A stretch of 63,585 bases of DNA, filler included, from Craspedostauros australis (GCA_030167865.1; 19 parts of 19 records of this genome joined end to end with filler, not necessarily neighbours in it); one strand, 5' to 3'. Shown: positions 11,982 through 25,389, counted from the first letter of the whole stretch. Notes: generated by a model not told the origin, from the sequence alone. Numbers and translations are program-made.

Positions 11982-12439
11982 NNNNNNNNNNNNNNNNNNN
12001 NNNNNNNNNNNNNNNNNNNNNNNNNTTAATTAATTAANNNNNNNNNNNNNNNNNNNNNNNNNNNNNNNNNNNNNNNNNNNNGTGCGTCACCCTCCTTGTC
12101 GTGTCGCACCGTTGCTGTGATTTTGCATTTGCTGTCATCGTGGGTTGATGTTTTGCATGCACTCACGCACACCTGTTCCGCCAATTCCGTTGCTTTCACT
12201 GTTGCTCGTGGATACTCGCCAACGAAATCCACAACCTCGTCGTTTCTCCATCGCCACTCCACTGATCTTCCCATCACACACATCACTTCCCCATCTTCCT
12301 CCACATCAACACATGTTCAACATGCACTTGCAATCTGCCCATCCCACACTTCGACATGCCAACATTGCAATGACACTGGCTTCTTCTGCTGTTGCAAAAC
12401 ACAATTGAAGCATGCCTTCTTTCCAGTTCTCACAAAAAA

Positions 12440-13300
12440 CAGCAGCAGCACACTCGAGCAACTTCCACCCCAGCGACGGACAGCATCATCAATGCGAACA
12501 ACTCACCAAACCAACAGCAGCAGCACCATGCTCGATCAACTTCCACTCCAGCGACGGACAGCATCATCAATACAAACAAGTCACCAAACCAACGGCACCG
12601 TGCTCGATCAACTTCCACCCCAGCAACGGACAGCATCATCAATGCTAACAAGTCACCAAACCAACAGCACCGTGCTCGATCAACTTCCACCCCAGTGATG
12701 GACAGCATCATCAATGCAAACAAGTCACCAAACTCACGGCACTGTGCTCAATCAACTTCCACCCCAGCAACGGACAGCATCATCAATGCGAACAACTCAC
12801 CAAACCAACAGCACCGTGCTCGATCAACTTCCACTTCAGTGACAGACAGCATCATCAATGCAAACAACTCACCAAACCAACGGCAGCATGCTCGATCAAA
12901 TTCCACTCTGGTGACAGACAGCATCATCAATGCAAACAACTCACCAAACCAACGGCACCGTGCTCGATCAACTTCCACCCCAGCAACGGACAGCATCATC
13001 AATGCGCGCAACTCACCAAACCAACGGCATCATGCTTGATCAACTTCCACTCCAGTGACAGACAGCATCATCAATGCGAACAACTCACCAAACCAACGGC
13101 ACCGTGCTCGATCAACTTCCATCCCAGTGATGGACAGCATCATCAATGCGAACAACTCACCAAACCAACAGCAGCAGCACCGTGCTCGATCAACTTCCAC
13201 CCCAGCGACGGACAGCATCATCAATGCGAACAACTCACCAAACCAACGGCACCGTGCTCAATCAACTTCCACTCCGGTGACAGACAGCATCATCAATGCG
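12440..13300 (+). repeat. 72-bp minisatellite, about 12 copies, reading as 24-aa repeats DSIINANNSPNQRHRARSTSTPAT
   Basis: Twelve DSIIN units counted. Length variants are multiples of 3. In-frame TGA stops at 13037-13039 and upstream at 12371-12373. Confidence 0.92.
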
Positions 13301-13961
13301 AGCACCTACGGGCAGGGTGTCAGCACTGGCGCATTCAGCATGCATAATGCAACACAAGACCCAAATCCACAGCCAGCCACAGCACCTGCCAATGGTGACA
13401 TCCATCAAGTGTCCCCGAGTCCACCTCGACATATTTCAGTTGCGCCAAACCAATCCTTGATTGGTGTTGCCACTGGCCTCGGTGTATGCCTCAACAGTGG
13501 CNNNNNNNNNNNNNNNNNNNNNNNNNNNNNNNNNNNNNNNNNNNNNNNNNNNNNNNNNNNNNNNNNNNNNNNNNNNNNNNNNNNNNNNNNNNNNNNNNNN
13601 NNNNNNNNNNNNNNNNNNNNNNNNNNNNNNNNNNNNNNNNNNNNNNNNNNNNNNNNNNNNNNNNNNNNNNNNNNNNNNCCTTCGCAGACTCTCCATGACA
13701 ACAACGCCTCTGGAATCAAAACTATGCCGATGAAGTGGGACCTTCTGCCTTGGCGTACAGCCAAATTCTCTGTCTCTGTCAGCGCTGCACAGCGGCTTTG
13801 CCACAAGCTCATGGTGGCTGAGGTTCTTCAGATTCGTGCTCGTGCAGTACTCAACACCAAGNNNNNNNNNNNNNNNNNNNNNNNNNNNNNNNNNNNNNNN
13901 NNNNNTTAATTAATTAANNNNNNNNNNNNNNNNNNNNNNNNNNNNNNNNNNNNNNNNNNNN

Positions 13962-15413
13962 GACGACGTGTTCATAGGGATTGAACGTATCGTTTGGACG
14001 GTCCTCAGCTTCGTCGCTGTCCTCTTCGTCGAAGATGCCCGTTCTCTCGTTTCGCGCTACTGGGGGAGGCGGCGCTTCACCGTGGTTCCCCTTGTCTCTG
14101 GTGACATCGTCGTTGTCTTCGTCTGCGCCGTCTTCGTCGGTGTCTTCGTCGTCTTCGCTCATGGCCTCCTCAACGTCGATGTCGATGGCTTCGTTGCCCA
14201 TCTCAGCTCCGTCGCCGTATGGACCGATCAGGTCGTGCGCGTTGAAGCAGCATTCGTAGCTCACTTCGCGTCTTAGATCCACCTCGTGGATGATTGGCTC
14301 CTCGCTGAGCCACTCCGGGATGATCTCATCATCCTGTACTTCGTTGTCACTTCGGACGCACTCGAAGTTATCGAAGAAGGAGTCTTCGATGTAGTCGTCG
14401 GACACCAATATGCAGAGCGGCATGTCCTTTGCCAAGAGTACCATCTCGTGCCCGCTCTTGTTGTGTCCTTCCGTTGCTGTGTTGGCCTGTTTGTCGGCCT
14501 TCTTCTTCTCGTTGAATTTCTTCTTTCGGCACTCCGCCTCGCGATGTCCGAAGATGCCGCAGTAGTTGCACTTGCTGTTGAAGCCACTTCCCTTGTTGCG
14601 GTTGTTGTTGCGTTTTCCGTTCATCTTGTTGTTGTTGTTGTTGTTGTTTTTCTTGTTGTTCGATTTCTTGCGTTCTGGGCAATTGGCAGATCTGTGACCA
14701 TACACACCGCAGTTGTGGCAGGTCCCCTTGAAGTTACCGGTGCTCGTGAAGCCGGTGTCGTTGCTCTTTGTGTTACTGTCTTGGAAATTGTCAATGTACG
14801 CCTTGCCTCCTTGATGAGTGGCGTATGCTGTTCGGAGTACTCCTCTGATCGCATTGATGGTGACGAGTTCCGGATTGAACGTGAGTTGGTGTTGGAAGTT
14901 CACGATGTGAGTTCTGTACTCGTTGCTCACCGTGCTGAGGATTTGCATGATCATTTCCTCGTCCGTGATCTCGTACTTGACATCGTGGAGACGCGATCGT
15001 AGACCCTCGAGTCGCGTGATGTAAACGTCGGGGTCCGTGTCTCTCTTCATCTTTTCGTTGTTGAATTGGCGCTTGAGTTTGATCTTCGTCACCGCGTCGG
15101 ATGGGCGGAACTTCTCCGCGAGAACGTTCCACGCTGCGTGTGGTTCCCCCTTGGGGTAATCGTCGGAGATGCACTAATTGATGTATTGGATGGCCTGCTT
15201 GCCCTTTCCCTTCTCTGCATCCATCATGAGGATCAGATCGCTGAAGCAGTCGCNTNCCAGCTCGTAGGTTTCCTCCAGTGCTTCCCTGTCTGCTTCGGTG
15301 GCTGCTGCGATCTCGCTCATTGTTGGGATCTTCGTCTTGCCCAACATCACGTCTCTCGTCTTCTGTGCACGAGCGTATGCCTTCGCTTGGGACTCCCATG
15401 CGCTGTAGTCTTC
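13962..15413 (-). pseudogene. Ty1/copia gag fragment with two CCHC zinc knuckles
   Basis: Gag core (AWNVLAEKF, DPDVYITRLEGLR), knuckles CHNCGVYGHRSANC and CNYCGIFGHREAEC, then an acidic region. In-frame TAG at 15174-15176. Confidence 0.88.
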
Positions 15414-15589
15414 NNNNNNNNNNNNNNNNNNNNNNNNNNNNNNNNNNNNNNNNNNNNTTAATTAATTAANNNNNNNNNNNNNNNNNNNNNNNNNNNNNNN
15501 NNNNNNNNNNNNNCGTCAGTGAATTCTCTCTTTGCTTCTTCAGCATTCATCATCCCATCATTCGATATCGATCGCATTCGATCTATCGA

Positions 15590-15733
15590 CAACACAACAA
15601 ACATACAAACACAGACAAACATCCAATCACAACCAAACAGACATACAAACACAAACAAACAGACACATCAACAAATAAACAAACATACAAACACAAACAA
15701 ACATACACACCAACAAATAAACAAACAAACAAA
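15590..15733. repeat. (ACAA)n-like low-complexity leader upstream of gag
   Basis: Degenerate AAAC/ACAA repeats running into a gap. Confidence 0.8.
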
Positions 15734-15775
15734 NNNNNNNNNNNNNNNNNNNNNNNNNNNNNNNNNNNNNNNNNN

Positions 15776-16978
15776 CCACCATCTCCGAAGCCGAGATCTT
15801 CAACCATGTTGTCAGGTCCGTGGGCATTGCTGACGATTCTGATGCCAGAAGTCTGCTTGACCAACAGGGCATACTCAGCATTGCCGACCTTCTTCTCCTC
15901 TCCAGGGAGGACCTACAGGCCTTCCAATACCAGGGTCTTGATGAGGATGGTGAAGCCTTTGTGTACGAACTCGATGCTCCTTGCATCCGTCGTATCCTCG
16001 CCCTTCCTCGCTGGTGGCAACATCAGGTTGACCCAACCTTCGTCACCTGGTACACCATCTCCCGCCATTCTCTTGCCGAGGCAATCGCATCGCCAATTGT
16101 CGCTCCAGCAGAAGCAGCAGCGGCGCGCGCAGCAACCACAGCAGCCACCACAGCAGCCACCACAGCAGCAACTGCAGCAGCCACTGCAGCAGCTACTGTG
16201 GCAGCATCTTCGGCTCCAACACCTGATCCCATTACCTCAACCCCGGTCTCCTCGTCGGAATCCCGTCTCCAAGACTTCCGAAAGGGGATGAGACGCAACA
16301 GCGAGCATTTTCCCAAACTCAAGGATGATCGGTTCTTCCTATCCTTCCGTCGCACCTTCATGACGGTTGCAGCCTCCCAAGGCGTCTCCGATGTCCTAAA
16401 CCCGGAGTACAAGCCTGCAGATGAGGACATGGTCCTCTTTCAAGAGCAGAACACCTTTGTCTACTGCACCTTGGTACTCTCTCTGAAGACTCAGAAGGGT
16501 CAGAGATGCGTCCGGAAGTTCGAGGACACCATGGATGGACAGGCTGCATTTGCAGCCATGCTCTCTGAGTATACCACCGGCGTGACCGCGTCCAATGCCG
16601 GGAAACATCTTCGCTCCATCCTCAACACCCTCAAACTGGACAAGGACTGGCGTGGCACTCGAGAGTCNTTCCTTGACTCGTGGTCCAACAAGGTGTACGA
16701 TCTCGAAGTCATCCAAGATGACGAGGTTGATNCTGATCGCAAACGCGATTGGTTGGAGGAAGCCATCTCCCCAGACACCGAGCTCTACCGTGCCCTATTC
16801 GAGTCCCAGTACCTCGAGGCATCCCTTCATGCAATGAGCATTGATGGTGTCTCAGCAGAGTTCACACTCGACTTCGAGCGTACGTTCGCACTCATACGCA
16901 GCCATGCTCAACGTCTTGACCGCGTCAAGCCTCGTGGACGTTCCAGTCGCAAGGTGCATAATGCCAAGCACTCCGGTG
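15776..16978 (+). mobile_element. CoDi-I-like copia gag, partial
   Basis: FRKGMRRNSEHFPKLKDD..VSDVLNPEYKP..LFQEQNTFVY..DGQAAF matches the diatom CoDi-I gag pattern. It includes an Ala/Thr-rich linker and is open to the contig end. Confidence 0.8.
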
Positions 16979-17080
16979 NNNNNNNNNNNNNNNNNNNNNN
17001 NNNNNNNNNNNNNNNNNNNNNNTTAATTAATTAANNNNNNNNNNNNNNNNNNNNNNNNNNNNNNNNNNNNNNNNNNNNAG

Positions 17081-17385
17081 TGTAACTACATGTGCGGAGA
17101 GCAAGGTACTGTATTGACTGTCTACTCTGTTGCACTGAATCAAGTGCATCAGTGCAGGGTCTCGCCAAGTTGTGTGGCATCGTTTCTTCACCCTACTAAC
17201 ACCAATAAGCTAACTCATAATAACAGACAAGGATTAGCTACAAAGCACTCTACTTCTCATCGTTACAAGTTATAACTATTCAAACAGCACACTTCTCTTG
17301 AACTGCATCACACGGCTATCCTGAAGCCGGCAGATTCACGAGGCATTCTCCACCGATTCGCGACGCCTACGCCCGAATCCTAACT
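17081..17385 (+). repeat. Probable LTR, copy 1 (305 bp, TGTAAC...CCTAACT)
   Basis: Near-identical to 18807-19111 (4 substitutions seen). Both copies are preceded by AG at the contig start, and their flanks diverge right after CCTAACT. Confidence 0.7.
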
Positions 17386-18230
17386 ATGGTTGCTTGTTGC
17401 TGTGTTTTGTAATGACAAAATAATGCCGAACCCACGTCTCGTGATTTGGGCGAACTCGCAAGACCGGTCGAAGATTTCTGAACCACTGTCGACATCTTTG
17501 TGGGATGGTGTCGTGGATTCGAATCGTTGGCGCTACTTTGCGCACGAGTGAAGACAACGACACACGCGGAACTCCAAAATTCTCACACAAACATCGACAG
17601 TCGATGACAAGCAAAGCCGCAACACAACCAATTCAGAACAACAGACGATCACTGCAACAGCAATGGCTAACACACACGATACTGGGAACAATACTGGCAA
17701 CGGTAACCAACAATTGATCAATTGATCAACCAATACACATCATTCGCGAACGGCCAGCAACAGAATCAACCAAGGCAACGGCAAAGAACGCCGTGGCAGC
17801 AATACTGGTGGCAACACCGCTGACCCAGTTGAAGAGGACGGCCGCAAGTCAGGGAGGGGAGCAACTTGTCTGCCAGCAGTAATGTCAACACCGTGGCGCT
17901 GTGGACTCGGAACAGCATCAGAAACAGCATCCACAGCTGTCACTCACAACAGCTTCAATTGGCACACAATCATCCGCAGCAGCGCATACTCCAATACCTA
18001 AAACAACATTCACAATCGCAGCAACAGCAGCCACACAACAGCTCCAGCATCGCAAGCACCAATGGCATCGGCACACAAGCCCTTGCATACGAGCATTCGC
18101 AGTAGTCTGAGCAACAATACCCGCAACTGCATTGGCGAAGGCACCAGCTCCACATCAGCGTTGGCATCAGCGTCGGCATCAGCGTCGGCATCAGCATTAT
18201 CATCAGCATCAGCGTCACGAAGAAAGCAAG

Positions 18231-18704
18231 ATGCCATTCGCATGGTCGGATGCCAAGAAGATATTGGAGGAGGAGCTCAAGGCAGGCGCTATCACGAAAG
18301 AGATGAAGCCCAAGGAAATATACGAAAGACATGCTGACTTCTCCAATGTGAAGTACACCAACTTCCGCAACAACTTGAATCGCCTCCGAAAAAAGTGGAA
18401 GAAGCACGAGGAAGATGCCATGGAAGCAGAGAAGGCACTCACTGCTTTCCGCAATATGGCAACTACTTCGATGCCAAGAGGCAAGCTGAGATGGGATGGT
18501 TCCGAGGCTCAGAATGCAATGAGAAGTGACTTCAAAGATGAACTCTTGAAGTCTCTTTCACCCAAGCAACTATATCAAAAGCGGCCATGCTATCAGGAAT
18601 TCCCAATGGAGCAATTTCGGAAGCACTTTCATGCAGCAAAACGATCGAAATACGAGTCTTTGTATTGGCAGCAACGCAGAAAGGACAATCAGAACGCAAA
18701 GCGC
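18231..18704 (+). CDS. Hypothetical protein with two internal copies of a W..S.A...L.....G......P...Y......F...FR domain, 3'-partial
   Basis: WSDAKKILEEELKAG..KPKEIY..NFRNNL and WDGSEAQNAMRSDFK..SPKQLYQKRPCYQEF..QFRKHF. Confidence 0.65.
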
Positions 18705-18806
18705 NNNNNNNNNNNNNNNNNNNNNNNNNNNNNNNNNNNNNNNNNNNNTTAATTAATTAANNNNNNNNNNNNNNNNNNNNNNNNNNNNNNNNNNNNNNNN
18801 NNNNAG

Positions 18807-19111
18807 TGTAACTACATGTGCGGAGAGCAAGGTACTGTATTGACTGTCTACTCTGTTGCACTGAATCAAGTGCATCAGTGCAGGGTCTCGCCAAGTTGTG
18901 TGGCATCGTTTCTTCACCCTACTAACACCAATAAGCTAACTCATAATAACGGACAAGGATTAGCTACAAAGCACTCTACTTCTCATCGTTACAAGTTATA
19001 ACTATTCAAACAGCACACCTCTCTTGAACTGCATCACACGGCTATCCCGAAGCCGGCAGATTCACGAGGCATTCTCCACCGATTCGCGACGCCTACGCAC
19101 GAATCCTAACT
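18807..19111 (+). repeat. Probable LTR, copy 2 (305 bp)
   Basis: Same length as, and about 99% identical to, 17081-17385. Confidence 0.7.
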
Positions 19112-19523
19112 CCAATTCACAATCTTTGACATTTCCGATCATAACTCAAGACAAGCTCGTTCGGTTGCACGAGCCCAACAGGGAAGGAGAAGACCACCTG
19201 ATTCGGCAACAAGTGGGCCGTACACCACAACAGTAGTAGCACAGCCATGCGATATGTGGAACAAAGGTCGACGGGTGGAACGGCAACGAGGTGGGGAGAA
19301 CAAGCTTCATCGGGACAAGTCGGAGCAAGAAGGCTTGCATGGGCAGTTGCCCAAACTCCTCGTTCGCGTGAACAACCATGAAACAAGACTTTCTCACAAT
19401 CTGTCGCCACGATACATTCAATTGCGTGACAAGGCAGCGCAACGCAAAGTAGCAAAACGAAATCGCGAACAGAGGTCACAAATCGAATCAAACCAAATGA
19501 AACCAAGCCACACAATCAGCAAC

Positions 19524-22500
19524 ATGGGTGCAGCAGAAGCCATGAGTGAGATCTTCGAAGCGGCTAGCGAGAGTCAAAGCCAGACCTTTGGGATAGATGA
19601 AGTCAGCGACTCGCAGATTGCCGAGGCTAATGTGACGCGCGCCGAGGACAGCACCGTTACACATGTTGAAGACGATGACAAGAGAGCGGAGATCGCTGCC
19701 AAAGAATCCACCTACGTTCGGTATTCCAAGGGCGTTGTGATCCTGGTGCTGGCATGTGCAACCGCCATCGTCGGTTACTTTACGTACTTTTTGACACACA
19801 GGGAAGAGGAGGAGGATTTTGATACTGAGGTGAGCATCCATCTACATGTGGTGTGGTTGCACTGTGATGATTCTGCAATGCTTGATTGTGCGCATGCTCG
19901 GCAATCACCCAAATCGCACAAGGGCACAGCCCTGCTCCATTCCATTCCGTACCACCAACTGTCATGTCTCACTGCTCCAAAACCTTCCCTTCACCATCAT
20001 TTTGCCCCACCTCAAACCCACCCTTGCTATGCTGCTGCTGCTATCACCATCATCCGCTACCACGCATACGCAGTTCGAGAACTATGCCGCTGAGATCATC
20101 GACCTCTCCGTCATCCAAGCAAGGGACATCTTCGATACGCTGGCAACGCTCACAGTCTCCATCACCTCGTTCGCGATGGCCTCCGAGCAAGAGTGGCCTT
20201 TCGTCGTCATCCCAGACTTTTTCTACCGTACTGAGAAGATGCTGCAGCTGTCGCCTTCCTTCGCTGTTGGCTTTCAGCCCATCGTTCCTCCGGACCAACG
20301 GGCTAGATGGGAACTCTTTTCACAGCAGAAGGCAGGATGGCTCAGCGATCCATTTCCAAAGAGCCTTGCCTACCTTGAAGAAAACCGTCCCACATTCGCG
20401 CTGCCTTACATCTGGGATGGAAGGGCAACTACAGACACTGGAATCCCATTGCCGTCACCACCAACTGAGTTCGGCTACTACACCCCCGTCTGGCAGGGCT
20501 CTCCGCCAAGCCCGGTTTCAAACTACGATACAATGAGCATCGGCGAGACCTACAGAGAACAGTTGGACAAGATGGTGGTGGAAGATATCTCTATTATGGG
20601 TGATGCGAGTATCGTCAACAACGCCGAGGCGATCTTGGCGGACAGCGTCATCCTGGATCCAATACACAAGACCCTTGAAGAAGGATCAGAGATTGTTGGT
20701 TTCCTTACCGCCATCGTGCCCTGGAGCCTCTACTTCGACAATGTGCTCCCTGAAGGCACGCCACCGCTGGATGTCGTCGTTCGCGAATCCTGCGGACGCG
20801 CCTACACGTTTCGGGTGGAGGGTCCGAAGGCAACCTACCTCGACAACCAAGATCTGCATGACCGCAAGTACTCGTCCAAGCACCACACTGGCGACTTCAA
20901 CGCCGTGTCTGCGCTGCAAACCAGCCAAAAATGCAAGTTCTCGATCGATGTCTACCCAACGAGAGAATTCGAGGACTCTTTCTATACAAACAGGCCCATC
21001 ACGTACACAATCGGTGCTGTGGTGATCTTCATTGCCACTTCGCTTGTGTTCATCATGTACGACTGCATCGTGCAAATGCGACAGAAGAAGGTCCTCACCT
21101 CCGCCCGAAAGACCGACGCCATTGTCAGTTCGCTGTTCCCAGAAGGGGTGCGAGACCGACTGATGGAGGAGGCCAACGAAGAAAACCATGCAGCAGCTGC
21201 GTCGAAGAATCCATTCGGAATTAGATCGCATTTGGCACACAAGCCCAATCCCCTTGGCACCGACAGTTTCCACCGGCCGAATTCGAAGCCGATTGCTGAT
21301 CTGGTAAGTTCGTCGAATGTTGCAGGATGTGAACAGTGCATCGTATTGTGAATCATATTCGAGTGTGTATGCGTACGAGTATGGGCGTGTAATGCTATGC
21401 ATCATCAGACTCACACTAAACGTTCAATGACAACGCTGTCCTGTTTCATGAACTTTGCCCCAACACGGCTCTGCGTCTATCTCATCTCCGCATGGTTCGC
21501 ACCTGCGCCCTCACCGCTTATTGCCATCTGTGCACACTTCTCCAGTTCCCCAACGTCACCGTCCTCTTCGCCGACATCGTTGGGTTCACTGCGTGGTCAA
21601 GCGTGCGAGAACCAACCCAAGTATTCACCTTGCTGGAACACATCTACGGAAGCTTCGATGCCATCGCCAAGCGACGTGGAATCTTCAAAGTCGAGACCAT
21701 CGGCGATTGCTACGTGGCAGCCTCGGGACTTCCCAAACCACGAAAGGATCATGCCAAGGCCATGGTCCTCTTTGCTCGCGATTGCCTCGAAGAGATGAAC
21801 CTCGCGGTTCACAAGCTCGAAGTCGTCCTTGGACCAGAAACTGCGGAGCTGGCCATGAGAATCGGCTTGCATTCCGGCCCCGTCACCGCTGGTGTTCTCC
21901 GAGGTGAAAAGTCTCGATTCCAGTTGTTTGGTGACACAGTCAACACCGCCAGTCGGATTGAGACATCCGGCATGTCAAACCGTATCCACATATCCACGGA
22001 TACAGCCAATGAGCTCATTCAGGCTGGCAAAGGCATTTGGGTGAAGCCACGAAAAGAGATGATGACCCTCAAGGGCAAGGGCGAGGTGCAAACATACTTT
22101 GTCGACATATCTCAGATTGATGGTTCGATGCTGGGATCCAGCAAGTATGAAGGCTCCTCAGATGGCGATGCTAACATCAACACCCGCAACAGCAACGCCA
22201 GTGGCAGCAGCAACAAGATCCCAAGCCTGTCGCAACACGCGGGAGAACAGGAAGGATGCTTAGAATCACGGTCGAGGCACACCGAAAGTCGCAAACAACA
22301 GCGTCTCATCGATTGGAACGCCGAGGTGCTGCAAGGTCTGCTCAAGCAGGTGGTCGCAGTCAGAAAGCCCGATGCAACTGGAACAACAACGGCACTTCCT
22401 GTCGAAGAATCACATGATGCCAAACGAGAACAGACGAGCACTCTCGATGAATTCACCGAGATCATCAAGCTGCCAGATGCTGCCGCCGTGTTCCAATGCG

Positions 22501-23249
22501 ATCCTGCCAACATCGAGCTGAGCCCCAACGTCGTTCGCCAGCTCCAGGACTACGTTGCACAGATCGCAAGGATGTACAAGCCCAATCCCTTCCATTCGTT
22601 CGAGCATGCATCCCACGTCGTCCAGTCCGTCAACAAGCTCATGGCACGTGTTGTGACGCCATCCGACTCCATTGACTATACCGAGCTCGCCTACAAGCCA
22701 GCACAGAACACGAGCGCCAACATGCACAAGTTCACATACGGCATCACCTCCGATCCTTTGATTCTCTTCGCCTGCGCCTTCTCCGCCTTGATCCACGACG
22801 TTGATCACAGCGGTCTCCCCAACGCCGTCCTGGCCGAGGAGGACCATCCGTTGGCGCAGATGTACAGGAACAAGAGCATCGCAGAGCAGAACTCCGTCGA
22901 TCTGGCATGGAAGCTGCTGCAGCTCCCCAAGTACAACGACTTCCGCAGATGCATCTACCAGACACAGGACGAACTGAGGCGATTCCGCCAGCTCGTGGTC
23001 AACGCCGTCATGGCGACGGACATCATGGACAAGGACCTCAACATGCTGCGCAAGAAGCGCTGGGACAGAGCCTTCGAATCCAGCACCGGTGATGAAGCAG
23101 ACACCAAGGAAGATAGCGACCGCAAGGCCACGATCGTGATCGAGCATCTCATCCAGGCATCCGACGTGGCTCACACCATGCAGCACTGGCATGTCTACCT
23201 CAAATGGAACGAGCGATTGTTCCATGAGATGTATCGGGGATACAAGGAG
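19524..23249 (+). CDS. Receptor-type class III nucleotide cyclase / class I phosphodiesterase fusion, 3'-partial; exons 19524-19829, 20074-21303, 21546->23249
   Basis: TM1, a CHASE-like extracellular region, TM2, cyclase (LFADIVGFT, KVETIGDCY, RFQLFGDTVNTASR) and PDE (NPFHSFEHASHV, LIHDVDH, ATDI, ASDVAH). GT-AG introns at 19830-20073 and 21304-21545 join the frames correctly. The start ATG is a best guess. Confidence 0.93.
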
Positions 23250-25389
23250 NNNNNNNNNNNNNNNNNNNNNNNNNNNNNNNNNNNNNNNNNNNNTTAATTA
23301 ATTAANNNNNNNNNNNNNNNNNNNNNNNNNNNNNNNNNNNNNNNNNNNNAAGTGCGTATGAGAGAATAGCGGGTGAACGATGCACATATACACGTACATC
23401 TTGACGTATACTCACATGTACATCTCGACAAACGGTGGAGGTGATCTCGGTGCTTCCAAGGGCGCGAAATTGTTCCTGGAGGCCCAACACGATCTACCAG
23501 ATGTCGAACGCGAGGTAAATCTGGAACAATGCGATCGACATCTAGCGGTAGTGATCTTGCAGCGACAGACGTGGCTGGATGAGCCGAGTTCTGTGACGAT
23601 TGAGACGGTGAAAGCCGATCGCTTTCGTTCCACTCGTTTGGTGGATTGATGTGGGCTCACCGGGCGCTTGTCGACGAGCTGCTCATGCTGTGGAAGATGC
23701 TGTTGTTCAAGGAGGTTGGAGATTTCTGGTTGTCTGACACGTTTTGCATTCACAGCTTACATGGTAGTATCGTACGTAGTCGTAGCTATCTCGCTCATCC
23801 CTCAAGGGGATCGTTTCAAGCATGTCCAGCGATGACTGATTGAACGAATACTCACCATCGCAGGCAAATTCATTCATGTTGGCGGCATTGTTGCAGTGAG
23901 CTATTGTAGTTGTAAACAACGGCATGCACCGTTTGGAGCTGCTCGAGGGTGACTTCATGACTCCCATGAGGATAGTGAAGACGGAGTCGACCAAGGAAGA
24001 GAGGGGGTGCCTCCAGAGGCTGTGGTGCCATCGGGACTGACAAGGATGATCATTCCGTGAAGCACCAGAGTCCACCAAGCTGACGCTTGTCTCTCTCTCT
24101 TGCATCGTTCTTGGCTGATCATGCTGTTGCTGTTGGTGTTGCTCTTGTTAGTGCTGTGGGTGCTATGCATGATATTCATTGATTTTCTGAGTTGCTTGCG
24201 TCTGAGTTGTTGGTGATGCTGATGCAGATGCTGATTTGTGAGAGGAGGACTGACGGGAATGAAGAGACTTGAGGATCTCGCACGATGAGGACGCCACAAG
24301 ATGGATGGGATTCATTGCCAATGCTGAGAGTAGCATCCATATACATTTGAACACCCTGGCACGATCGTTTGGATGTTGCGCAGGCGTTCGCCACGAGAAA
24401 TCGATCTTGTTCGGCATCTCCAGGGATGTCGCAGGTTCTCAACTACAAAAGCACCTCCTGTTGTGGAGGGACCATTTTGTGTTGTTGTTGGAAGTATCCG
24501 TGGATGTTGGTGCTCTTGTCTATCGATGGCTCAGGGGACAACCACTGTGGCAATATGAGTGATGGAATGCTGGAGTATCGGCATATGGAAACAGGGATCA
24601 TCCTATCCCTCCATCATCAGGAGCGCCGATGACTCGCTGGTCAAACTTGTTGGGAACACGATCGTTCAATCCACCGCCTTCATGCGTACTCGTAGTAGTA
24701 CAATGCATATTCCAGGTGCGGTTCTCAGGCAACCATGTTGCCGATTGGACTCCTTGGGGGATATGCGTACATCATGACGTGCGATGGTTGCAATTGAGAT
24801 TGTGACCATCTTGGTGCTCCCTCCATCGCGTCATCGCTGTTGGCGTCATCATCACTTTCGTGGTTGTTTCGGGTTGACGATCAGTCCTTCTCATCTGAAC
24901 ACCTTTCTGACGTGTCCTTCTCATGAAAGAAGCTAATAAAGTACTTCATTGACACACAGAATTCGTGGAATTGGGAACATCTCTGCACGCGCAAAAGTGG
25001 TGAAGCGAGAATCGACGATTCCCATTTGTGGTGTTCTCGCGTTCGCAACAGCGATCTTGTGGGGGTGTGTTGTGTTCTGTTCCTCCTTCTCGTTGTTGTG
25101 TGCACTGTTCGTGGTCAGCAAAAGGAAGGATCCGCACTCTCCAAACACCGCGGTTACCCTCTCCCAAACCAGGGGTGCGATCAAGAGAGGGAGACAGAGA
25201 GACGAGGAGAGAAACGGGAGAACATTGAAACGAGGCAACCGCACACACCGCTCAACACCATACTCGAACACATCAACAACAGACATGTCATGGGTACCTC
25301 GAAAAGCACGCTTCCTCAAAAGGCAATCCAACGCCAATCGTTCAACGTCCAACGTCAATCGTCCAGCAACCATCGACCATCCTCTCAAA

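Noticed and set aside
12440..13300. CRISPR-like periodic array
   Set aside because: The whole unit repeats with no unique spacers, there are no cas genes, and the context is eukaryotic.
23350..24800. Possible spliced minus-strand gene (GTGAGT/GTAAG donor-like sites near 23415, 23760 and 23855)
   Set aside because: I could not build a consistent reading frame or recognise a domain.
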